From Podarcis cretensis (Eukaryota): a stretch of 64,000 nt of DNA. The translations under genes were made by a program, and so were the position numbers. The stretch is from assembly GCA_951804945.1 (NCBI GenBank), contig OX638149.1:88474001-88538000 (forward strand). The letters run 5' to 3'. The notes under the pieces are model-generated. The model saw nothing but the letters and a program-made list of their open reading frames with translations. It was not told where the DNA came from and searched no databases. Position 1 is the stretch's first letter. Every line of letters begins with the position of its first letter. Of this stretch, positions 13,240-25,000 are shown in pieces.

Positions 13240-14172
13240 AACCTTGTTGTTTTGCCTTGGTAATGGACTGGATGAGAGCAAACAAACTGAAGCTTAATCC
13301 ACCTAAGACTGAAGCACTGTTAGTGGGTGATTCCCTAGACCGGATGGATGGGAGGTTCTTGATGGGGTTACACTCCCTCTGGAGGAGCAGATACATAGCT
13401 TGAGGGTACTTCAGGTTCCTTTGCTGTCGCTTGAGGCTCAGGTGGCCTGAGCAACCCAGAATGCCTTCCATCAGCTTTGGCTGATGGCCCTAGCCCTATG
13501 CCCCTATCTGGGCAGGGATAGCCTAACTTCTGTCATCTATGCTCTGATAACCTATAGGTTAGTTTATTGCAACGCATTATATGTAGGGCTGCCTCTGAAG
13601 ATGGTTTGGAAACTTTAGCTGGTGCAGAATTTGGCAGTCAGGTTGCTCACTGGGGCGAAACAGGTTGAGCATATTACATCAATCCTGGCCTGACTGCACT
13701 AGCTGTCAATTAGTTTCCAGGCCCAATTCTAAGTGCTGGTTTTGACCTATAAAGCCCTAAACGGCTGAAGACTGCAGTACCTCAAGGACTGCCCCTCCCC
13801 ACACGAACCTACCCAAACAATGTGATCATAATCTGAGGCCTTTCTTTGTGTGCCTCCACAAGAGGTCAATAGGGTGTCAACATAAGAACAGGTGTTTTCT
13901 GTGGTGGCTCCCTGCTTGTGAAATGCTCTCCACAGGGAAGGCCACCTGGAACCTAGGTGCCAGGTGAAAACATTTCTCTTCAACCAGGCATTCAAGTGAT
14001 TAACATTCTGTAGCCTTTTAAATGTATTTGTGGGAGGGGAATTAATGGTTTGCTTTTGTTTACGTCTTATTATGCAGTTTGTATTCTCATTTTGTATTTT
14101 TCTATTGTGAACTGCCCTGGGATTTTTGGATGAAGGGCGGGATACAAAACTAATTAATAATAACAGTAATAA
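13240..14172 (+). mobile_element. Degenerate 5'-truncated L2-clade LINE (RT C-terminus to 3' tail)
   Basis: Frameshifted DWMRANKLKLNPPKTE, YCNALYVGLPL and SKVLVLTYKALNG motifs; (TAA)-rich tail. Confidence 0.8.
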
Positions 14173-15984
14173 GAATTGTGCCACTGGGTACATTTTTTTG
14201 AGGAAGTGCTGCGGGTACCAGTCACAAAATGGCTGCTGTAGGAATGTGGCATAACAGAAAATGACTACCACATGACTAAGAGAACAGACAAGGAGGACCA
14301 CAAATGGTACAGATAGCCCAGTCCCCCCCCCATCATTAGGTGGAGGAGGACACCAAAAGCGTGTACAATCCTGGTATCTAAAGAAAAAGGGTTGAACAAG
14401 AAGCTCAAACAGTCTCTTGCACATTATGGATTTTTGAGATGTTTGCCGAGACCTTTTTTGAGCACCATAGGAACTAGTTAATGCACTGTCACCTGTGGGT
14501 TCTGTGTTGGTGACCATTGTTCTCATCACATTTTTGTGGAGCTAGCATCTTAATTGCATCAGAAAAAAGGCGTTATGTTTATGGAGGCTTTGAGAATGCC
14601 ATGGCATTCCTCCTGTGGAAGAATTCTTACTGAGGAGTCAGTTGTATGAATATTGTTAGTGCTGATGCAGAAAAAGACAAGCTCATCTAGAAGAATCTTA
14701 TCCCTTTCTACTTGGAGTTGATTTAGAGGATGATTCGAGTCTAGCCAACATCTTTCTATATAAAGGCAGAATTAGACTGTCAGAGCTCCTTGGCCAACAC
14801 ATACTTGACAGGAAGCCAATGGTTATTGAGCTGAGAAAAGGAGTTGTTGGCATTCCTTCTACCTTTATGGCCATCTTCAAGGAATCAGTGGGATAAGTCC
14901 TTTCTACTCTTTCCCTGAGGGCTGATAATCATAGGCACACACTGTACATCATTTGATGGCTTCTACCTAGCTGTGCAAACTGCTTCCATTGGAAAGTATT
15001 GTCAGCGGCTCTGTGGAAGGCTTTCCATGTGCGATGTCAGTTTCCCAGATGCATGTTGTCAAATGTTTGCAAAGCGAGGCAACATCCAAATATACAAGCA
15101 CCCTATTAGCTGCTAACTGGGTGGTGGTAACGGGAGGGCTACAGCTAGGAGATGAGGAAGGAAAAATCTTGCAGTATCTCAGTACCATTCAGATTGGGCA
15201 AGGTGAATAAATAGAGCAGGGTTTCCCCTTTCTCATGCAATCTGCAAGGAAAAAGAGCAGGTGGTCCAACAGCTTAGCTTCTTCCTCTCTCTCTTGCTCA
15301 GTTAGAAAGAGATGTTGCCACAAGAGTCAACCCCGGAATCCTTTCTCTCTTCTCTCAGTTATTGCCAAATCTTGTCAGGAGCATCCGGGAAAAGCTTGAT
15401 CAGCCACCACCTGATGCTACTTTAAAGGTTGCTAGCAGACTGGACCTACTTCTGGGCCCAGGTCAGAAGAGTTGCCCTTGAAGACAGGTGGAAAAACAAA
15501 GCCCTTTGGAAAGACTTGATGGTTGGCTGATGTTATTGAAAGAAATTCACCCTTCCTTTTGAATATCGTTAAGTCTGCTTTGGGGTAGGTCCCATTCGTG
15601 GCTGCAGTAGCCTGTCCTGCCCTTTTTGCACAACGGAGGTAGATTTTAAAACTGAACCATACGAGTGGACGGATATAGTTGGTGGGTCTGGGAACTGTGC
15701 AAATCACAATAGTTTAAATTCTTTCTTTAAAAAAATAGCAGCAAAATGATATAAAACTGTTGGGTTGGGTTTTCGTTTTGAAAAAATAATAATAATAATA
15801 TATATAGTAGTGCAAAGTAACTTTTCAGTCCAGTGCTGTGTAGGAACAAGGGAGGCAGGCAGATGGAGTGGGATATGGCATCCATTCTTAAGACAACTCT
15901 TGTCCCCTTCCCTCCCCCTCCCCCCACATTCTCCAACCTAAATGGGGCAGAGAGGGAAGAGCTGTATTTGGAGACACAGTTGCT

Positions 15985-16088
15985 TTAGTCACTCTCTGTT
16001 GACAACTCTCTGATTCGGATATGGACAAATAGGGAGGCTGGTGGGATCCCCGTCCCATCCTTGGAAAGAAGGTGGATGTGGCGGTATC
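15985..16088 (-). CDS. PLCD4: PLCD4 last coding exon
   Basis: [34 protein letters not shown], translated by hand. Confidence 0.93.
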
Positions 16089-19000
16089 CTGCATGGGAGA
16101 CAAAAAAATAAAGAGCCACGCACAGTGTTTGAAGCTGCCTTGTGTTAAGTTAGGCCAAGGATAACCAACCATGTTGTTGGGCTCCAGCTGCCATCAGCCC
16201 CAGCCAGCATGGCCAATGGCCAAGGATTGTGGGAGCTATACTTCAACAACACCTGGAGAGTCCCATGCTTGCTATCCCTGAGTTAAACTACTGGTCCATC
16301 CAGCCCAACTCTGCCTACTATAACCAGCAGAGCCCTGGTGGGATCCTAAAAACACACACAAACCAGGGCTCATCTGCATGCATAGCCTGTGCTCTCCTGC
16401 TGAGCTCTAGATAATGATACAGGCAGAGATATGGGCGTAGCCAAGGGGGGATGGGGGGGCAGCCACTGCCCCCCCAATCCACAAAAAATATTGAAAAGCA
16501 TTGAAAGTACTTAGTTGATTGAGGTTCCTGGCTACACCCATGGGCAGAGAGCACATTTGTCTCTAGTGTCAGCTTTTCCTGGCTGTCTCTCGAATGGTTA
16601 CAAATTCTGGGTTTCTCCCATTCCTTTGAGTAGATTTGAGGTTTTATATATTTTGCTTGCCCTGCAGCAGATGCATTTATTTGGTTGATCACAGCTACAG
16701 CCTGTAGAAGTGTATATTCTAGCACCAATACAGGGCACAGTATTTCTCTTCTCCACTAGATGGAGGCAACATGAGCTCCCTCCCTCCCCCTACAAAAAAT
16801 AAAAATAAATATATGTACACAGGATGGGAATGCAAAACTCTGCAGTGTGATCTAGGAGCAGCTACAAGTATGGTAATAACTAATCCAAATACTAAGGAAG
16901 CAAATCCATTGATTCTGAGGATGGAATCATACATAGTCCCGTCCCCCCGTCCCCCGCCATCCTGCAAAGTGAGTGGTACTTCTCATGGGGGAGAGTTAAT
17001 CTATGGGTTGTGATAAACGTCAGGCCTGCTTTGGAATTAAAAGTAAAAAAAAAAGAATCCAGGGAGCGGCTGTATAGGTTTAAAAGGGCAGCAGTTTTAA
17101 CTGCATCTCAATCAAACTGATTGATTGAATCCAGACTTACAATGCACTCCTAATTCCACTTACCTGGGTAAGCCTCACTGAACTCAGTGGGATTCACTTC
17201 TGAGAAGACATGGTTAGAAGGGCCTTGGCTCCTCCACACTTCCACTTGTCTTGTGCCTGGAAAATGGGTCCAAGCGGCTATTCCTTTGCCGCACTGCTCT
17301 CCCCTGGAAAACCTGCTCTTTACTGCTGAATTGGAACAAATGGCAATTCAACGAAAACCTGATTGCTGTTTGGTTCCATTTAGCAATAAACCACAGGTTT
17401 CTGCAGGGGAAAGTGGCAGGGTAAACGGAGGTGTGGATGAGCCCAGAGTCTGGATCTAATCCTATGTACTTTTGTGTTGTGCTGTGGTCATAATATCCAT
17501 GTGCTGATTTACTGAGTTGTTACAGTCTCTGTTGAAGGGGGTAACTTAGTCTGCCTTCCTTATATACACAAATAACTGTCTCTGGCTAACCTTGACTGAC
17601 CTGCCAGAGATGCATTCGTCTCTTGATCTTGGCAGCAAACTGGCACAAGATAGTCATACCCCACAGGGCTAAGAGAGAGATGCTCACCTGCTTTGACACT
17701 AGTAAGAGGTAGAGTGTACTGTCCCACAAAGTCATTCCGAGATGCCTTGTCATAATCCTCCACCACAAAGCGCAGAAGTGCCAGCTCTGGTACCCAAACC
17801 TGGAACTGAAAGGCCTCATTCCATTGTGGGTTAAAACCTATCCAGGGATATTAAAGTGAAAAGAGGGTGTTGTCACAGCACATAATCTGTATGTGTCCCC
17901 TAGCCTCTCTCCATCTTCACCTCCATAAAATCTCACACAACTTCCCTCTGCATTGCTGCTTCTGAGATTCCTCAGCTGCTCTGGTCAGTTTATCATCTAA
18001 CCTCAAAAACATCTGGCCTCTTTGCATCACTTTTCTACCAATGGTCCAACTGGGCTATTATCGTTTTCAATGCCCCAGGAAAAGAGAGAGAAGATGCCTT
18101 TAAGTGGGAAACCAATGTCCCACTGTGGAAGGACGTGTGGATCCAGAATTGGTCTCCACAGTCACTTAATGGACTCATTGTTAAAACTGTGTTTATGGAA
18201 GACAATCTTATTCGGCTACAAGTCGTCGCCAAAGAAGACGATATGCATATACTATTGTGGGACCTTGGTGGAGAATTTACCTTTCTGCAAAGTTCAACTT
18301 CCTTTTCAAAATGACTATGAAAATTTCTAGCCTGCCAGGGTGCAGAGGAAAATATGAAAATGTAATGGAGAATGGACACATGTTAGTCATGAGGTGAAGC
18401 TTCACTTATGTCAATGGGACAAATCGGCTGCAACTCATTTTATTTGTTTTATTTTAATGTATTTATGGACTGCTCTTTAGGTAAGACATTTCAAACTGGC
18501 TAAAATAATAAATACAATACATAAGAACAGCATAAGAACATCAGCACATACCAATCCACTGTTTTCAAAGAGGCTTAGTCATACAACTAACATTTGCTGG
18601 ATTGTGCCCAGTGTGGTAGGCCACAGACATGGAAACTCAAGGCTTCCAAAGGTGGCTCATATGCCCTACACATGAGTTATTTGCTTCCTTGGGGTTCCAA
18701 GTCCCCCTAATAAATCCTTCCCCTGTTATCTGTTTCCACCTCTGCTGCTTCCTTGTACTTCACCACCCCAGGTCTTACCAAAAACAAAAAACAAAAATAT
18801 CACAATTTAAAATCATGCCTGACATGCCTAGCATTTTAAGGACATTCATTCCTATGGAAGAGTTTGGTTTTTTTAAATGTAGAATCTGAGTTCCCTTGGC
18901 ACAGATAACACCAGGATATTCATTCATTCATCCTTAAGTAATTAAGAATGAGGGGCATTCATGTTGACACATGCATGAGGTCCACATAAAACCCCATCTC

Positions 19001-22000
19001 AGCAGTTCTTTACAATGACCAAGAGAATTGCCTCACCGTTATCATCAATATATTTGGTCTCCTGCTTGGCACTATCAGCAGGGATCCCATGAATCTCCAC
19101 TCGCACTAGTGGATCGATGATGGAGCCTTCTTTGCTGTTGGGCATCTTGGGGAGTTGCTGCCCACTAATGATCTGGAAGAGAAGATTATGGTGAGCATAG
19201 AAGGGCAGTCAAGTCCACATGTGCAAACAGCAATGTGTCAGCAGCTGCACCCTGCAACTCACGCAGCTCAAAACAGTGACAAAGGAAGTTGGTCACTATG
19301 GCGTATAAGCCCAAAGACACAAAGGACTTGGAACAACACTCTGCCTGCTTGATACAGTGGTACCTCGGTTTTTGAATGTAATCTGCTCCGGAAGACTGTT
19401 CAAGTTCCGAAATGTTCAAAAACCAAAAACTCAAAACGGAAGCCTCAAAATGGAAAACTCAATTGGGAAAACTCAAAACGGAAGTTGTGTGGCATGTTCG
19501 ACTTCCAAAAAGTGCTCAAAAACCGAAGCATTTACTTCCGGGTTTACGGCGTTTGAAAACCAAAACGTTCATCAAGGAGACGTTCGAAAACCAAGGTACC
19601 ACTTTATCCCAAACTCAGCTTTCCCAACAGAAGTAGATCTTTGACTCAACCAGGTATGGGGAAACTTTGGCCCTCCAGATATGGCTGACCTACAACTCTC
19701 ATCAGCCCCAGAAGCATGGCCAGTGGCCATGTTAGTTCAGCAACATGAGCGTCAATATTCCCCACATCTGCAGGAGGATAGTAGCACTGAGTAGCTATTA
19801 AAAGATAGCAGGATAGATAAAGCCTCTCTCTAGGTCGGACAGAAATTTTCCAAGATGGGGGCCACATTCTCTCATAGACATCTGGAAGCTTCTTATTCTA
19901 ATAAGTTATTCTCTAAAATCCTAAAAGCCCTGTTAGGTTAAGGTATGGGCAACAAACTCACACAGTACCTTAATGGCTATGTTAAGTGGGCTACCATTCT
20001 CCCTGCTTTGGGGGTTCTCAGGACTGAAGGCTGTCTCTGGGTCTTTCATGAAGCTCGGCTTTAACACGTAGCCACAGCGGCCATTTTTACTGAAGAGCCC
20101 ATCGCACAAGTCCATCTCTGTACCAGCCGTTTGAAAATTCAAGGCCACTGGGAGGAGGAGGAGGAGGAGGAGACAGGAATCTTTCAGACCAGCAGCAATT
20201 GGAGGCAAACGAGAGAGCAGTCTTCTAGCTCTTGCTAGCTTCTTCCATGCAAGGCATCTTAGAAATACAAATTAAAGCCCAAACTGCATATTGTGGAGAG
20301 AGGACCATCATCCCACATCTCCCTAATAATGGGGGGGGGGGGGAAACATATGACATATCATTGTCTTAGTGTTTCCCTCCCTACACCCACTTTCACTGGC
20401 TGCTGCTTATCCCATTTCTGGATCTCTATCTTCCCTCAGTTCCTGCCTTTCAAATCTGCATTTGCAAGCTTGAAGAAAGCTGAGGAAACCAACATTCAGA
20501 AGAGTTGGGGGGGGGGGGAAACCCTTCCCCCATATAAGAACAGCCATGCTGTAAAGCCCAGTTTTGACCGCTAAAGCTTGGCAATAGCAGAAGAAATAGC
20601 AACAATTATTTATATAAAGCACCACTTTGAACACTCTGAAGCACACTGCATATTTATTTTACATCTTGCCTTTCTGCCATCATAGAACCCAGTGTGGCAT
20701 ACATATGGCTCCCAGACAGTCACCCCCAGACCTGCAATGTTGTAATCTTATGTGCCTTCAGATGCTGGGATCAGGTTTACTTACTTACTTACAATATCCA
20801 AGGTTGGAACAGCTTGCTACTTCAGCAAAGTTCGCTGAGACACAAATGCAGGAGGGAATTTCCAGGAAAGGATCAGTGTAGTAGGAGTAGTTAACCCTTC
20901 CCTAGATTGCCATCTTGCCAAAAATACTCCCTGGCATATGACAACTTGTCCCCCTCCCAGAAAGCAGGATTCTGAGACTAGGCAAATGAAGGGGAGGCAG
21001 CATTTGTGGGAATAAGTGAATAAATAGAGCCCTGCTGGCTCAAACCAAAAGCCTGTTTAGTCAGCCTCCTGTTTCCCACAATGGTCAATCAGATGTGCAA
21101 GTGTGCGCTCTCTGTCTCTCTGTCTCTGTGTCTGCGTCTCCCTCTCGTTCCCCAGTGACTGCTAGTCAGAGGAAAGCTGCTGCTGATTCTCAGGTAGCAG
21201 TCAGACATTATGACTCATAGCCATCAATAGTCTTATACCCCAGCAGTTTGTCTAATCTTCCTTTTAAAAGCCATCTAAAGCCCCATCTGCACTTAAAGCA
21301 GTATCAAACCACTTTAGTCCTGGCTTCCTCCACACACACACAATCCTGCAGTCTGTTCAAGGTCCCAAGAGATGCTAGGAGACTTTATTCCCCTCACAAT
21401 CCCCAGAGTTCCCAGGGAAGAGGGTCTGATGGTTAGATCACTCTGGGAGCTGCAGCTCTGAAAAAACACACAAGGGTGACTTCCTCACCCACCCACCCCT
21501 TCAATCCTTCTGGGGCTGGCATACCCAGCTGGCACCCCACATTCCACATCGCCTGGGGGTTGTAATTGGAGGAGTCCGTCCGCAGACCGCTGGGGAAGAT
21601 GCGTGTCAGCTGCCAGGCATTATGGCGGATGAAGTCATTTCCTGCAGGAGGTAGTTAGCACACCAAAAGTTAAGAAATCTGGTATTTGGGGAACCCGCTC
21701 TCCAGTTATTAGTGTTTGGAGAATGTGACCATCTGCAACTAAGTGGGGTGTGTGTGTGTCAGAGAAACAGTTTGCATCCAGTTTACCTAAAATGTAGACA
21801 GAGAACGTGGAATTTCTAGCTGGTTAGTTGGAATTAGGGTGCACACCCTACCCCAATGCATGTGTAGGTCTTCACAAACTGCTTTCTGGGAATTTGATGC
21901 AGAATTAGAGTGGTTTTGTTGCCTGCTTACAAGAGGTTGTTTGCTTCCACTATGCTGTGCTGGTATGTTCTCTGACCCAAAGGAAACTGAATCAGGGAGT

Positions 22001-25000
22001 TTTGCCTCTGACTTTCTGACTGCTTGGCAATATGGGGCAAATCATTAACATCTTAGTGTATGTTGGGGAGGAGTCAGAGGAGTCATGGGTCCATCAATGT
22101 GTGTTCCTAATGTCTTGCCTGCTGGTTGCCTCCATCCCCGGTTTCTCACCAGCCTCTCGGATGAGCTTGCGGGCCTTGGATTCAGCAAAGGAGGACATCT
22201 CGTAAGACTTGTAGTGGCTGCGGGAGTGCTGGAAGCTGTGAAAGGGCACGCTCTTGCAGTAGACAATGCAGTCAGAAAGCTCCTGGGAGAGGGACTGTTT
22301 GGCCTTCTGCAAAGAACGTGAGACCAACTTGTAAATGATGACCATGTGTACTGCAGACACGGGAGTAAGATTGAGTTCCACACCTGCTAAAAATAGAATC
22401 AAAATATCAGGCTTTGTGGGGGGGAAGGCTCCTTTTGCCTTTAACTGGTGAGGGGCAGGTAGAGTTTTGGCCCTGGGAACTTTACCTGTCTTTTGTTAGA
22501 ATGTTTGGGAGGAGGAGTCATACCTCAGCAGGGAGCCTATGCGCTTTGCATCCCTGGCATTTCCAAATTTAAAAAAGACTAATTTAAAACCCTGCCTGGG
22601 AGCTTGGAGAAAGCTGCTAGTCAGAGAACCCAACGGACCAGTGGTTTGACTCACATACAAAGGCAGCTTCACATATTCCTGCAATAGGAGATGAGCCCCC
22701 TTTTGCTCCTGAGAGAGAGCCACCAACTCCAAATGGTTCAAAGGCTGTAGTGCAGTGTAAGAAAGTTTGCTTTCTCTCCACATCAGGGTTTTAGGGTTTC
22801 CCAGTAGAATAAATGTAGCTCACATAACCTGTATGTGTGTATTGTCATCAGTCACTCCTGCTTTTGCGGGCAGCTATCTCCCACCTGTCGGTATCTGGCA
22901 AGTGAGGTTCAAGTGCATATCGCTCTACCACACTAGTGCAACAATTTTTTAAAGCAAACAAACCCCGGACTTTTAGCAGTTGGGGAAATGATGGGGAAAT
23001 GCATTGAAATTGAGGGATGAGCAAATGATTAATGGGAAGATGTATCAACACTTGGCTGGCAAATTGTTGCATAACCTCCCCACAAACACATTATAATGAA
23101 TGCTCATAAAGACTGGACGTACCTTAACTGCTATGTGAACTTTGTGCAGGCAACTCCAGGATGGATCTTCAAAACATAGCTGCCACTACCTCTAAAGAGC
23201 CAACTAACCAGAGTTTCCATGTACCTTCTCTTTCTTCTTGTCTTCATTGCGCAGGACTTCTTCCTCTGCCTCTGGTCCCTCTTCCTCCTCCTCCTCCTCT
23301 TCCCGCTCAGGCGGCTCATCCAGATGCCCATTCAAATAATCCTCCAGGTGTCCAATCTTCTTCCCTTTCAGGATGATCTTGCCCTTCAGCTCCTGCATGA
23401 GGACACAGGGTGGGTCATATCAGGGCAGACATGATGGTGCTTTGAGTTCAGGCAATGGGGAAGGGCCTCTAGCAACACCAGCTCAGCCAGGCTGTCCTGT
23501 AAAACTCTGCCTTGCTCCACAAGTATGACAGCCTCTTAAATATGCTCACAGCAAACATCCTGCTCAATTAAAGGTCCCCCAATGTCCTTTTACTCAATCT
23601 TTCACCATGATTTTAACAAAGTGTCCCCAATACTTCTCCCTCCAGTACCTCTGCTCCTCCAGTGCAACTGCTCCTTTCTGCCTTTAATACTGTTCTTGAA
23701 GTTCCCCTTAGTGGTTCTGACAAAAATGCTTTAATTCCCACAATAGCTACTTTGGAACCCCCTCCAGTCCCTTCATCTGCCTTAACCTTCACCCCTCACC
23801 TCTGGCTCCTCCCCTTCCTATGGCCACCATTTTAATACTTCAGACTAATACGTAAAAGAATTTGGGTCACCTGAGTGTTAACATAACAGTCCTAGGATTG
23901 CAATCAAGCTCTGTAAGCCCAGGTTAAGGAAAGACAATTGACAACACCATGTCCCCACCTCCGGTGAAGGCAACTGCACTGGGACACGTCCATCAATGGT
24001 GGTGGTGAGGAGCTGCTCTCCCAGAATCCCCTTCAGCTGCTGGGCCATGATGTCCTGCTGCTCTATGCTGCAGTGGTTCTCAAGAGACAGGATAATGGGG
24101 TATTTAGAAGCCTGGGAGAATGGAGACATAAGAAGTTAGAGGTGGTGATAGCCCTAAAGTGTGGAAGGTTGAAAGTGGAGTCTGGTGACATAAAGAGGAG
24201 AATGGAGCTGTTTGAGGGATAACGAGCCACCTTAAACTCAGGATTCCTAGAGACCAGACAAGTAGGATAGAGGGAAATGAAGCCACTGCTGAGATGTGGA
24301 ACCACAGCCATTTGAAACAACAAGAAGGAAAGATGGTGTGCCCTATTTAAATCTAAAAATGGGAGGGGTTTGGGGACAACTGGAACTAAAATTAGGCTCT
24401 CACAACTTTGATGTGCTGTCTGGAGGATGGGGGAATTTAATCAAAAGCAACACCTTGAATTTGGCTGGATAACCACTCAGCAGCCTTCACAATTCCACCC
24501 TACTGACCCCATCCCTTGTGGCAGAAAAGTCCAACCTACCCGGAAGGCATATTTATCGAGGGTTGTCACAACTTCCCGGAAGGGGATCTTAGAGGTGAAG
24601 GTATGGCCGTGGTAGACAATGGGCTCCCCATTAGGTCCGTCCCAACAGTCCACCTCTAGGCATCGGCAGCCGCGCTTCAGAGCCCTGCAGAGGAAAAGAG
24701 GACAATTCATGAGCCCTTCCTAGCCTCTCGGTTTGTGAGCAGTATGCAATAAGTGAGGAAAGTTTTTTGGGGGGAAGAGGTTGTAATGTTGAGGGGATCC
24801 AATCTATGCATGAGGTTCATCAGTGTGTGAAGCAATTCCAGTCAATGTTTTATAAAAAGCTGAGGAGATCTGGGGGCTAGGCCTTGAGATGCAGATTTCT
24901 GGTAGGCTTTTCTCTTGCTTAACATGTATTTGAGTTTGCTCTATATCAAGTGGTTTGGTCACCAAGCTTTGTGTAAAGAGCACATCTTACAGAGGTCAAT

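Noticed and set aside
13747-14529. 260-aa minus-strand ORF
   Set aside because: Half of it is antisense to the degenerate L2 LINE; no domain, no splice context.
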